A DNA stretch of 64,000 bases, taken from assembly GCA_038246305.1 (NCBI GenBank), contig JBBRRP010000009.1:1076-65075 (forward strand), read 5' to 3'. The notes beneath the pieces were generated by a model that saw nothing but the letters and a program-made list of their open reading frames with translations, was not told the origin of the DNA and did no database searches. A program made the position numbers and the translations under genes. Below, piece after piece: positions 1-9,391 of this stretch. This DNA comes from Polyangiales bacterium. GTDB lineage: Bacteria; Myxococcota_A; Polyangia; Polyangiales; Polyangiaceae. Numbering within the stretch: position 1 is the first letter of the stretch; the number at the start of each line of letters is the position of its first letter.

Positions 1-1155
1 GACGCGAAACATATTGCTGTCGTTGGTGGCCCAGCGCCCAAAGAACGCGGGGGTGGTCATGAATCCAATGCGATCGGTATCGAGCACGAGCTCATTCGCA
101 CTGCGAAGGACGGAAGGATCCCAAAACGCCGTCTTCTTCTCGGCTGCGTTAGGGCGGCGAATGGTAACCAGCTTGTACGTGGACCAATCGGCGTCGGTGA
201 ACGGCGTCTCCACCCTGCAGTTCACCACGGGTCCAAAGCCCATCATCATCTGAAAGGCGCTCACTAAGATGGCCGGTCCCTTCTTAGTCGCCGGCCCGCA
301 CGGACTTCCGGCGACTGGCGTGTACGTCCACTTCATGTAATTCGGAGATTGCGGATTGAGCGTGTCCGAAAGCGGGATGGCTGCATTGCCATCTGCGGTG
401 CTCAGAAACTGTGCCACCTGAGTGTTGCTCGTCAGCAACCACGGAACCTCGACCGAATTGGTCTTCATATCAGAGACCGGAGCCGCATCGATGTAGGAAA
501 GCGCAATCATGAGCGGCAGGTTCAACATGAAGCTGCGGGTGGTGACGGTTTGCGTAAATGGCTGATCCCCGGCCACCACGAGCTCCCATGCCGTGCGCGC
601 AAAACTTTCGGAAAGGCTCTTTAGGAACAAATCCCGCGCAGGCCAGCCCTGAATGTTCACGCCGCCATATTGATCATCGAGATCCGTAATCTCGGCGCCA
701 TCTTGCTGAAAGGCCTGCGTGAAGAACTCGAGCATCTTGGTCTTGAAACTTGGCAGCGCCATCCACTCACCGATCAACGTTTTCAACGTCGTGGGATCGG
801 CGTTCACGCGCAAGTACTCCGCATCCGTGAGTGGCAAGCCCGTGAGGACGTCCTTCACTTTGGTCGCGTAGACCTGCGGACTGAACGCGTCGAACGGCTC
901 GACAGGAATAATCGGGGCGTTGGGATCGGTCACGCCCGGAGTCGTCGTTGAGCCCGTGGGCACTCCGGGGGTTCCAGGAGTTACGGGATCCGTCGATGAG
1001 CCAGGCGCGCCTGGCACTCCTGGCTGCACTCCCGGAGAATCGCTTGAGCCCGGGCCAGACGGGCCCTTAGAGGAACTGCAGCCCGAAAGGCCACCAACGA
1101 TCAGCCCTGCGGCAAGGACGAGTCCGACATGCACACTTCGCCGAATTCTTTTCAT
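1..1155 (-). CDS. Lipoprotein, DUF1588/DUF1592-like (planctomycete PSD-type) protein; C-terminus runs off the left edge
   Basis: Absent from the ORF track because it is open to the window edge. The reverse complement of 1153-1155 is ATG. My translation reads MKRIRRSVHVGLVLAAGLIVGGLSGCSS (signal peptide plus LSGC lipobox). A Pro/Gly/Thr linker follows, then ...VYATKVKDVLTGLPLTDAEY... and ...RIGFMTTPAFFGRWATNDSNMFRV at the edge. There is no stop in 385 codons. It resembles the protein at 3629-5386; the family call is from remembered motifs. Confidence 0.6.
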   Translation of the reverse strand, partial: MKRIRRSVHVGLVLAAGLIVGGLSGCSSSKGPSGPGSSDSPGVQPGVPGAPGSSTDPVTPGTPGVPTGSTTTPGVTDPNAPIIPVEPFDAFSPQVYATKVKDVLTGLPLTDAEYLRVNADPTTLKTLIGEWMALPSFKTKMLEFFTQAFQQDGAEITDLDDQYGGVNIQGWPARDLFLKSLSESFARTAWELVVAGDQPFTQTVTTRSFMLNLPLMIALSYIDAAPVSDMKTNSVEVPWLLTSNTQVAQFLSTADGNAAIPLSDTLNPQSPNYMKWTYTPVAGSPCGPATKKGPAILVSAFQMMMGFGPVVNCRVETPFTDADWSTYKLVTIRRPNAAEKKTAFWDPSVLRSANELVLDTDRIGFMTTPAFFGRWATNDSNMFRV

Positions 1156-1421
1156 AACACTCCATGTCCCTGCGGTGCTTGCTTTAAGCGGCCGCTCTTC
1201 CTGCTCCCGGCATCGGGATCCGAAATAGTACGCTGCCGTATCGTTTCCAGACAGGGATAAGTTAAACGAGATTCAACAATAATAACTATTGAAGGAACGA
1301 GCGAATTTTCCGCTGCGGGCGTGGCGGCGCCGAGCCATTGTTGAGACCTCGACTACTCAACTAGAGGCGCGAATCGCTCAAAATCGTGACCGCCTGTTCG
1401 CAACCTGTCGTTGCGATGAAA

Positions 1422-2288
1422 CTAATACCAAACGCGCATACCGGCCATCGGACCATAGAAACCCACCGTTTCGAAGGCTAAGAGGTCATACCCGCCGAAC
1501 AGCTCCACGCGGTTGAGCATGGCACCCACCGTAGCGCTGGCACGAAATAGGCTGGACTCGCCCACGCGCCCGCCATCAAAGCGTGCTTGGAAAACCAATG
1601 GCCGGATTGGGAAAAGCTGGATTTGCGTACCGAGATCCCAACCAGGATTGCCCCATCCGCCGTCGCCTTCAAGCCAGCGTGCGCCACCATGCACTCGAGC
1701 AGTAAGCCAGTGACCGGAAGCTTGAAAACCAGCTAATGCTTCTACGAGTGTGAGCCTTTGGTCTCGGGTGCGCTCCGAGAACTGATCAATTCCGCCCTCG
1801 AAAACAACCCAACTCAATACGAGGTTGGAGCGTGCTGCCAGGCGCGACGTGCCACCTCCGGCATCGCCTCCCTCAATTCCAATATTTCCGGAGAACGGCT
1901 GGCGCCCTGAACGGAGCGATCCTTTTTCATAGTGCGCGTAGCTCCCGTTCCCAGCTTCATAAGGGTAACCGAGGAATAGAAGGCCGCGCGATTCCTGCTT
2001 GCGTTCCGGATCGGAATCTGAGCTTGCATTCGCCGCGGGTGACGCATTGAAAAGCCCAGCCAAAACAGCACCAAAGATATCGTGGTCGGCGCCGCCATCT
2101 GCGGTGTCGTCGGCAGGCTTGGCATGTCGAGCGCTGCGTTCCCGTTCCTCTGCAGTGCCTCGCACGTCTGCATTGGCTCTATCGATCTTCGTCTCTTCCT
2201 CAGCCCCGAACGCAGTGGAAGGCCTGAACACGAGCGCCAACCCGGCACACGCGACAAGCTTGAAGTAGACTCCCACGCAAGCAGCCAT
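1422..2288 (-). CDS. Secreted, probable outer-membrane beta-barrel protein (hypothetical)
   Basis: ORF 1422..2306. The likely start is the internal Met giving MAACVGVYFKLVACAGLALVFRPSTAFG/AEEE (signal peptide). The protein has a Gly/aromatic-rich alternating pattern and ends in the aromatic ...GMRVWY, typical of OMP C-termini. Confidence 0.45.
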   Translation of the reverse strand: MAACVGVYFKLVACAGLALVFRPSTAFGAEEETKIDRANADVRGTAEERERSARHAKPADDTADGGADHDIFGAVLAGLFNASPAANASSDSDPERKQESRGLLFLGYPYEAGNGSYAHYEKGSLRSGRQPFSGNIGIEGGDAGGGTSRLAARSNLVLSWVVFEGGIDQFSERTRDQRLTLVEALAGFQASGHWLTARVHGGARWLEGDGGWGNPGWDLGTQIQLFPIRPLVFQARFDGGRVGESSLFRASATVGAMLNRVELFGGYDLLAFETVGFYGPMAGMRVWY

Positions 2289-2384
2289 TGTCGGACAATA
2301 CACCATCCTGCTCTAAAATTCTCCCAATACCGGACTCTTTTATCCGAGATGTCCGCAGTGTTGGGAATCGTCTAACCTAGGCTG

Positions 2385-3383
2385 ATGACACTCCGCTCAC
2401 TACGCTTGAGTTCTTGCCGTGTTTCGTTCTTCTTGGCGATCGCGAGCGGCGGATGCGGCGTTGAGCCTAGCAAGACTTCAGCGGTTTTTGGCCCAGCTTC
2501 GGGAGGCATCACGGGAGCAGGTGGTCACTCTATCGGCGGAGCCACGAATGCTGCCGGAGGCAGGTCGAGTGCAGGTGGCGCCGCCAATGCTTTAGGAGGC
2601 GCAACGATGGGCGTCGGAGGTAACGCTGACTCCTGCGCTTCCGTGCTATTTTGCGAAACTTTCGAGAGCTACGGGGCTGTTGCTGCCATCGCTGACCAAC
2701 AGAAGTTTGGTCCGTGGCATGCCGCGCTCAAAGCAGGAGCCTCGATGGGCCTGGACGGCGTGCACAAGATGTCAGGTGGCAAAGCGTTGCACGTCCATAT
2801 CGACACTGCGGCTACAGCTGGCGGTAGGCTCTTCGCTGACGGTGCTCAGCCTATTTTCGCTGGGAATCCAACGCACATTTACGGCCGTATGATGATGTAT
2901 ATCGATCCCAACGGCACGAGCATTCACTGGACATTCTTTGGAGCGAGCGGCGCAGCCGAGCCCAATTCGCCCGCCGTTGGGCGCAACGCGCAGTACATCA
3001 TGAGTTCGCTGCCTAAGAACGGTGTTAACACGTACAGCTTCGTCTACGGCCTTCAAGGCCAAGGCAACGATGGCTACCATGACTGCTCTTCCAGGAGCGC
3101 TGTGTCCATGCCTTCCAGCTGGGCGTGTGTCTCATTTGAAATGGATTCGGTGGCTCGCAAGCTACGGATGTACAAAGATGGAGCAGCCAATCCGATCTTG
3201 GCCATCGATGATCACGGCAGCAATTGTGTCGCGCCCACCGTGGTGACAGATCCCTGGTATGGTCCTGCTGTTGCCCAGCTCTTTGTAGGTGCTTGGAGCT
3301 TTCATGCGATGGATGCACCGCTCGACGTGTGGATTGACGATCTCGTGGTGGACACCAAGCCGGTGAGCTGCCCTCAACTTTGA
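2385..3383 (+). CDS. Lipoprotein with Gly-rich linker and a concanavalin/LamG-like C-terminal domain (hypothetical)
   Basis: The N-terminus MTLRSLRLSSCRVSFFLAIASGGCG is a signal peptide followed by Cys. Next come GGxxxxxGG-type repeats (GGITGAGGHSIGGATNAAGGRSSAGGAANALGGATMGVGG). The globular domain ends ...LDVWIDDLVVDTKPVSC. Confidence 0.5.
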   Translation: MTLRSLRLSSCRVSFFLAIASGGCGVEPSKTSAVFGPASGGITGAGGHSIGGATNAAGGRSSAGGAANALGGATMGVGGNADSCASVLFCETFESYGAVAAIADQQKFGPWHAALKAGASMGLDGVHKMSGGKALHVHIDTAATAGGRLFADGAQPIFAGNPTHIYGRMMMYIDPNGTSIHWTFFGASGAAEPNSPAVGRNAQYIMSSLPKNGVNTYSFVYGLQGQGNDGYHDCSSRSAVSMPSSWACVSFEMDSVARKLRMYKDGAANPILAIDDHGSNCVAPTVVTDPWYGPAVAQLFVGAWSFHAMDAPLDVWIDDLVVDTKPVSCPQL

Positions 3384-3628
3384 AGGCCACGTGCGGTGGA
3401 TGTAGTTTTTCGGGGACTCACTTGTCCTTGAGCGGACGTTTAGTGTCCAAACAGCTCCAGGGGAACTATGGGCCTTGGGGGCAAGCGACCCTTCACGAAA
3501 ATATTTCGGTTTCTGCATGGCAAGCCTGGATTGACGCGAGTTCCTGCACGATCCACGCTTGGAGCGACGCTGGGCCTGCCATTCGGCTGGGCCGTGCAAC
3601 ACAAGTCAGACCACTGTTAGGGACCTAG

Positions 3629-5386
3629 ATGCCAAACCGAGATCAACGCCGGAGCCCCAAGCCCTACCCGTGGCAACTAGGTGGACTCGTCGCGCTCACA
3701 CTGTTGGCGGGATGCGCCGGTAAGGACGCGGCTGGTCCTGGCACGTCGGCGACGACCAAGCCAACCGATACGGCTACCGTACCCGTACCTGTTATCGCTA
3801 TGGCTCCGGTCATACCGGAATGCGGGACTCCGATTACGCCCGGTCCCGGCTTGCTGCGCCGACTGACCAACGACGAATACATTCGTTCGGCTCGCGACGT
3901 GTTCCACCTGTTGCCCGACGAAGTCACGCAAATTCAGAATCTCTTGAAGAGCGATGGGCTCGGTGTTGGCAACATCACCGCTGGCCTCGGCCTCTCACCG
4001 GACCATATCCGCGGTTATCTCGATGTGGCGGAGAAAGTGGCCGAGTTTGCACTGAGCACGCCCGAGCGACGAGCCAAGTTCGCGACGTGCGACTACGGGG
4101 CCCCAGCAGATGCCGGATTTCAGTGCAGGAAGGCCTTCGCAGGTCCGCTTGGGCGACAGATGTTCCGTGACGCCATACCTGAGCAACGGGTTTGGGACCT
4201 CGAAGCGCTCGCAGCGCGGGCAGTTCCCTCCACAACCGATCCGGATCCCTATCGGCCCGCAAAGCTGATGGTCGAGGGCTTGCTCACTTCGCCTCGCTTC
4301 TTGATGCGCCTCGAAAACCCTGAAGGGAATGTCAAATACGGTTGGAAGGGCATCACGAACTGGGATATCTCGACGCGCCTGGCGTACATGCTCTGGGGCA
4401 CCAATCCCGATCCCGATCTGATCCAAACCGCGTTTGTGGGGCAGCTTTCGAACAGCGACCAAATCGCGCAAACCACGCGCAAGATGTTAGCTGATCCGCG
4501 AGCCAAAGATGGCATCGGCTGGTTCGTCAATCGTTGGCTCGGCGTCGAGTTTGTTAAGGACGCCGTGCGCGACGCGACCACGTACCCGCAATGGAACGAC
4601 ACACTCAAGCAATCGATGCAGGCGGAGACCGCGCGCTTCATGGAGGATTTCTGGGGCAAGCCCGGACTGAATCTGTTCGACGCCTTCACAGCAAAGTACA
4701 CCTATCTTGACGATAAGCTGGCGCCGCTTTATGGCCTGCCCTCTCCGGGGCCGGCTCTCACGCGCGTAGATTTCGCAGCTGGCTCGCCACGCATCGGCTT
4801 TTTGACGCAACCGGGCGTACTCAGTGCTTCCATCTCGCAGAAGGAGCTCGTCGCGCCGATCTTGCGCGGGAAATTTATCCGAAACCAATTCCTCTGCACG
4901 CTACCGCTCCCAGCGGTCCCTGCCAGCGTCCCGGCGCCTCCACAAGCTCCGAACCTCACCACGCGTGACCGATTGGCCCAGCACCGCACCGATCCTTCCT
5001 GCGAGCCGTGCCATAAGCTCCTCGATCCGGTTGGCTTTGGATTCGAACAGTTCGACGCTATCGGGCGGTATCGTGACAAAGGCTCCCAAGGCGAGGCTCT
5101 AACCGGCGCGGGTCAAGTATTTGGTCTACCTGGTGACCCAACCTTCACGGGCCCCGGGGAACTGGCAACCTTGCTTCAGGGTTCCGAGGAAGTTAGCAGT
5201 TGCTTGGCGCAACAGGCGTTCCGTTACACGTACGGACGCGAGCCGGTAACAGCCGATGCCTGCACCATCACGCTCGCGCGCGAGGCTTTCAAAGCCAAAA
5301 AGTTCGATCTCCAAGAAATGATTGTGGCTATCACGACGAGTGACGCCTTCCGCTATGCGACCGTCACCCCCGGAGTTACGCCATGA
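3629..5386 (+). CDS. DUF1587/DUF1592/DUF1588/DUF1585-family lipoprotein with a single CxxCH motif
   Basis: 585 aa with the lipobox LTLLAGCAGKD. Motifs seen: LTNDEYIRSARDVF (DUF1587-like), SPRFLMRLE (DUF1592-like), GFLTQPGVLSA...PILRGKFIRNQFLC (DUF1588-like) and DPSCEPCHKLLDPVGFGFEQFDAIGRYRD (CxxCH, DUF1585-like). Confidence 0.75.
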   Translation: MPNRDQRRSPKPYPWQLGGLVALTLLAGCAGKDAAGPGTSATTKPTDTATVPVPVIAMAPVIPECGTPITPGPGLLRRLTNDEYIRSARDVFHLLPDEVTQIQNLLKSDGLGVGNITAGLGLSPDHIRGYLDVAEKVAEFALSTPERRAKFATCDYGAPADAGFQCRKAFAGPLGRQMFRDAIPEQRVWDLEALAARAVPSTTDPDPYRPAKLMVEGLLTSPRFLMRLENPEGNVKYGWKGITNWDISTRLAYMLWGTNPDPDLIQTAFVGQLSNSDQIAQTTRKMLADPRAKDGIGWFVNRWLGVEFVKDAVRDATTYPQWNDTLKQSMQAETARFMEDFWGKPGLNLFDAFTAKYTYLDDKLAPLYGLPSPGPALTRVDFAAGSPRIGFLTQPGVLSASISQKELVAPILRGKFIRNQFLCTLPLPAVPASVPAPPQAPNLTTRDRLAQHRTDPSCEPCHKLLDPVGFGFEQFDAIGRYRDKGSQGEALTGAGQVFGLPGDPTFTGPGELATLLQGSEEVSSCLAQQAFRYTYGREPVTADACTITLAREAFKAKKFDLQEMIVAITTSDAFRYATVTPGVTP

Positions 5387-6735
5387 AACGCCAGCTATCT
5401 CGACGAACCTTACTCCGTGGAATTGGCCTTGGAAGTGGCGTGTGCATAGGCCTCCCCATCTTGGATGCCATGCTGGATGGCAACGGTGATCTCATTGGTC
5501 GCGCGAAGGGTCAGGCGGGCACGCCTCCCAACTTCCTCACGTTTTTCCTGCCGAACGGCGTGTTTACGGATACTTGGTGGCCCAATGCCACAGGGTCCAA
5601 TTACCAACTCAGCCGCTGCCTGATGCCGCTCGCCGAGTTCAAGTCCGATTTCACACTCGTGCAAGGTTTGGATAAGCAGGATGCGTATCGTAATCAGCAA
5701 ATCAACAACGATGCTCATCAGCGCGGCCATGCGTCGTTCGCAACGGGTGGCTCCTTGGCGAGCAACCTGACCTGCGAGTTTGCTTCAGTGGATCAGGTTG
5801 CGGCTCAGCAGCTCAGCGCGGGAATGCGCTTTAAGTCCCTCCCTGTAGCGCTGGGCGGCGTGGGTGGGTCAGTTGGGGACCATATCTCTTGGGAAACAGG
5901 CAACACGCCCGCTCAGGCCACTCGCGACCCGGCGCTCCTGTTTGAGAAGCTCTTTGGGAAGCCGGCGGGTGGCGGCCTGTCCGTCGACTACCGCCAGAGC
6001 GTGCTCGACTACATCGCCGACGACATCACCAAGGTGAAGACGGAGATCGCCTTCACCGACAAAGCTCGCCTGGACGAATACCTCACCAACGTTCGGGCAC
6101 TGGAAACTGAGCTGCAACCCGTCACCTCCTTGGGGGCCGACTGTAAAGCCCCTGCGATCCCAGACGCTCGAACGAGCGGCGAACCGCCCGCCGTCGATCA
6201 GAACGACGGGACCTATGGGAACGAAAGAGCGCAACTCCTCATGCGCCTGCAGGTCCTCGGATTTTCGTGCGGATTTGCTCGTGTGGGCAGCTTCATGCTG
6301 GCTTCGCGCAACAACAAGCGTCAATTCCCGTGGATCGGGCTCGTGAACGGCGAGGATGGGCATCACGGCATCTCGCACGAAACGTCGACCACAGGTCGCG
6401 AAGCGCAGACCAAGATCGTGATCGACGAGATGGAGCAGTTCGCCTACATGCTCCGGCTCATGAAGGGGATCCCTCAAGGCGGGCAAACGCTGCTCTACAA
6501 CACACTCATCCTCTTCGCGAATGAGTGCGGCCTAGGGGACGCCCACGATTTCGGCAATACGCCTGTTATCCTTGCAGGCCAAGCAGGCGGAAAGCTCCTG
6601 CAGCACGATCGACATGTGCGGTACCAAAATGGAGCCGCCTACGACAACATGCTCCTCACAGTGCTGAATCTTCTCGGTCTTCCCGCCACAACTTTCGGCG
6701 TGTTCGGACGTAAGACGCTTCCGGAAATCGCGTAA
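5383..6735 (+). CDS. DUF1552-family protein with Tat-type signal
   Basis: 450 aa. The N-terminus MKRQLSRRTLLRGIGLGSGVCIGLPILD has a twin-arginine-like leader. ATGA overlaps the upstream stop, suggesting translational coupling. This is the usual partner of DUF1592-family genes. Confidence 0.75.
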   Translation: MKRQLSRRTLLRGIGLGSGVCIGLPILDAMLDGNGDLIGRAKGQAGTPPNFLTFFLPNGVFTDTWWPNATGSNYQLSRCLMPLAEFKSDFTLVQGLDKQDAYRNQQINNDAHQRGHASFATGGSLASNLTCEFASVDQVAAQQLSAGMRFKSLPVALGGVGGSVGDHISWETGNTPAQATRDPALLFEKLFGKPAGGGLSVDYRQSVLDYIADDITKVKTEIAFTDKARLDEYLTNVRALETELQPVTSLGADCKAPAIPDARTSGEPPAVDQNDGTYGNERAQLLMRLQVLGFSCGFARVGSFMLASRNNKRQFPWIGLVNGEDGHHGISHETSTTGREAQTKIVIDEMEQFAYMLRLMKGIPQGGQTLLYNTLILFANECGLGDAHDFGNTPVILAGQAGGKLLQHDRHVRYQNGAAYDNMLLTVLNLLGLPATTFGVFGRKTLPEIA

Positions 6736-6738
6736 CGA

Positions 6739-6758
6739 GAAGCGAGCTCCCTCGCTTC
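6739..6758 (+). terminator. Perfect 8-bp GC-rich hairpin directly after the DUF1552 stop
   Basis: GAAGCGAG-CTCC-CTCGCTTC starts 4 nt after the stop codon. There is no clear U-tract, so it is only a candidate. Confidence 0.3.
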
Positions 6759-6841
6759 AGCATCTCAGCCAGATCGTTAGGTCCAGGCCGGGGCCTTGAG
6801 GAAGGCCAGGAACTTGGCTACGAGCAAGTAGGTCCCTGCCT

Positions 6842-8350
6842 ATGTCGCTCATCACTCCTTTCCTAGCCGCTCTCGTCCTCGCCCCCTTCGGTCAACTTCC
6901 TCCGCCGCCAGCGGTAGGCTCAGCCGCTCCGCCCGTGAGCGATGCCCCGCCACCGTCCCAGCCGCCGGAGAACATGCCGCAAGGCAACGCTCAACCCGTC
7001 GCCCCCACGGAGCCACCAGCCCCCGTGCCGCCTCCGCCGCCTCCGCCACCCCTGGCAAACACAGGTTTTTCAGCGACAGCACTTCCGCCTCCGCCCCCTG
7101 CGATGCCCCCGCCCCCTGCGCCGGCCGAGATCGTTGCCACCACGCCAACGTTCAGCTTGCTCGCTCCAAGTGTTTCGTATTTCACCCGCTACGAACAACG
7201 CGAAGGCTATTGGAAGCTCGGTCTGTCCAACGGACGCACGCTGGAGGGCGACGCCATCGCGTATCGCTTGCGCTTTGGGTTGGCGACGTCGGATCTCGAT
7301 TTGGGAGAAAAACAATCCATATCCGTTCAATTTACGCCCGAAGCCACAGGGTTTTGGGGGACTTTGCCCAACACCAACACTGACGCAGCACTTGGACTCC
7401 ACGAAGGCTACCTGCGCTACAAAAGCAGCATATTAACGCTCGATGCGGGCCGCTTAGAACTCAACTATGGTGATTCCGTGGTGATCGCGGCACCCACCTG
7501 GAATCAAGCCAGCCGGTCGTTCGACGGCCTGCGAGTTCGTTTTCCCTTGGATCATGAAGCCTGGGTCGACGGCATTTTGACTCAAGTGGCCGAAGGCCAA
7601 GGCGGGATCGACAATGCCGCAGGCGCGGGCGACCACTACTTCGGCGGGGTGTACGCGGGTTTGGGTTCTTTGATTCGTCAGAAATTGGAGCTCGACCCTT
7701 ACGCCCTCGTGAGCTTCCAGCCCCGCACGACAACTCCAGTTAACGCCATGGACGCAACCCAAGGCCGCCGGCATCGAGCCACGGCACTCCAGCTAACCGT
7801 CGGAACCCGTGTCAAAGGTGCGGAAGGCCAGTTCGATTATCGCGCGGAGGCAGGCCTGCAGCTCGGATCACGCGTGGTAGTCAACAAAACCCGAAGCGTG
7901 TTGGCCTATCAGGGGGATGGTGAGCTTGGCGTTAAGATCCCTGACGCCAAGGCTCGTGTATCGCTAGAGGGCTTCTACGCCAGCGGAGACGAAGCCCGAA
8001 CTGCAAAAGCCGAAGGCTGGGACCCCCTCTACGCCAGCACCCACAAATGGCTGGGCTTCATGGACGTCATCGGCGTGAGAACCAACGTGTACGGTGGCGC
8101 ACTGCGCGCTTCGACCAACGTCCTCGATCCAGTTGCCTTTCAAGTCCAAGGTCACGTCTTTTTCCGACCTTGGGTCATTGGCTCGAAGCACTACACCGGA
8201 AGCGAGGTGGATGTGGGCGCTGTGTACACCATCGCTGGGCCTCTGAAACTAAGCGGCCTGTATGGCGTTTTCCTGCCGGGTAAGACCCAGTTTGCCTCGA
8301 ATGAAACTGCGCAATACATCGAGACAGAGCTCCGACTCGAAGTTCCGTAA
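6842..8350 (+). CDS. Alginate-export (AlgE-like) family outer-membrane porin with a Pro-rich N-terminal extension
   Basis: 502 aa. About 100 N-terminal residues are rich in P/A (PPPPPPPP). The rest is a beta-barrel-like sequence with GRLELNYGDSVVIAAPTWNQASRSFDGLRV, matching the GRq.l.yG...W.n..rsFDG.r signature as I remember it. Confidence 0.6.
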   Translation: MSLITPFLAALVLAPFGQLPPPPAVGSAAPPVSDAPPPSQPPENMPQGNAQPVAPTEPPAPVPPPPPPPPLANTGFSATALPPPPPAMPPPPAPAEIVATTPTFSLLAPSVSYFTRYEQREGYWKLGLSNGRTLEGDAIAYRLRFGLATSDLDLGEKQSISVQFTPEATGFWGTLPNTNTDAALGLHEGYLRYKSSILTLDAGRLELNYGDSVVIAAPTWNQASRSFDGLRVRFPLDHEAWVDGILTQVAEGQGGIDNAAGAGDHYFGGVYAGLGSLIRQKLELDPYALVSFQPRTTTPVNAMDATQGRRHRATALQLTVGTRVKGAEGQFDYRAEAGLQLGSRVVVNKTRSVLAYQGDGELGVKIPDAKARVSLEGFYASGDEARTAKAEGWDPLYASTHKWLGFMDVIGVRTNVYGGALRASTNVLDPVAFQVQGHVFFRPWVIGSKHYTGSEVDVGAVYTIAGPLKLSGLYGVFLPGKTQFASNETAQYIETELRLEVP

Positions 8351-8459
8351 CCCTGCTCGTTTTTGAACGGCTTCAGAAACACAACGTCAACGGCTTCTTG
8401 CTACCAACTCGGGGTTTGGGGCGAAGAGGAGCCAACGGGTTTCCGCGCCGGCACGGAAA

Positions 8460-8475
8460 GGTTGCGATCGCAACC
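8460..8475. repeat. 16-bp perfect palindrome GGTTGCGATCGCAACC
   Basis: Read directly from the sequence. It lies in the intergenic region 110 bp after the porin stop and 143 bp before the Cys-rich gene. Confidence 0.9.
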
Positions 8476-8617
8476 CACCTGATCACGAGATGGTTGCCTG
8501 ATCAAGGAACGTCTGGGGTACCTAGCCCACCGAACACTCCCCGTCCGAATCCAGCCTCGCGCCAGCGTGCCGGCAGGTGAGCGTTCGTGAACCCAACTTC
8601 CGCGAGAGGCTCCGAGC

Positions 8618-9361
8618 ATGAATATCACTAGAATATCTGCAGTATTTGTCGCCTTTGGTCTAGCTTCCGCAGCCTGTGGGGGCTCCGATAGTACCGCGTT
8701 TATGGCTGGCACAGGCGGCGCCGCCAAAACTGCAGGCGGAGCAGCCAACGGCACCGGAGGCAAAGCCAGCGCGACCGGGGGATCAGCCGCGACGGGGACC
8801 GGAGGGGCGACCTCGCCAGGAACCGGAGGCGCTGCCACGACCACGGGGGGCAACAGCGCTGCACTCGGAGGCGCTGCCAATGCGGCGGGGGGCTCCACAC
8901 TAGGCTCCGGGGGAACTCCAGGTAGCGCTGGGACAACAGCGGCCGGTGGAACTAGCGCCAACAGCGGTGGCGCCGCCACAACGGGTGGGTCTGGAAACGC
9001 GGGTGGCGCGGCCACGGCCATCGTGGGCAACGGCAACTGCGGGAACAACATGACGTGCGATCTCAGCTGCCCGAATGGCAACTGCATGAATACCTGCAGC
9101 GGCAACGCTACGTGCACCAGCACGTGTGTGGGCGGCAATTGCGATTTAAGGTGCAGAGACTCCGCCACTTGCGCTGCTACCTGTCAGGGCAACACCTGCG
9201 CCTTGGACTGCGCGGACCAGGCGAACTGCACGCTGGGATGCCCCGCCGGTGGTTGCACCTTGAACATCACCTGCGACACGAATGGCACCTGCCCCATGCC
9301 CACCTGCGGCACACTGCAAAACCCGCTGACCAACTGCACGGTGAATATGAACGGCGGGTAA
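8618..9361 (+). CDS. Secreted (possibly lipidated) Gly-rich / Cys-repeat protein, unknown function
   Basis: 247 aa. The signal peptide is MNITRISAVFVAFGLASAAC. Residues 31-135 are a GGxxxxx low-complexity region. Residues 141-240 contain 20 Cys in a regular 19-residue repeat. Confidence 0.6.
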   Translation: MNITRISAVFVAFGLASAACGGSDSTAFMAGTGGAAKTAGGAANGTGGKASATGGSAATGTGGATSPGTGGAATTTGGNSAALGGAANAAGGSTLGSGGTPGSAGTTAAGGTSANSGGAATTGGSGNAGGAATAIVGNGNCGNNMTCDLSCPNGNCMNTCSGNATCTSTCVGGNCDLRCRDSATCAATCQGNTCALDCADQANCTLGCPAGGCTLNITCDTNGTCPMPTCGTLQNPLTNCTVNMNGG

Positions 9362-9391
9362 ATCCGGCGACATAGGCGCATAGCGGGGGCC

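Noticed and set aside
8401-9168. 255-aa Pro/Ala-rich ORF on the minus strand
   Set aside because: It mirrors the Gly/Ala-rich linker of the plus-strand gene 8618-9361 (GGN codons read as NCC = Pro/Ala on the other strand). The plus-strand gene has a signal peptide and an ordered Cys-repeat domain.
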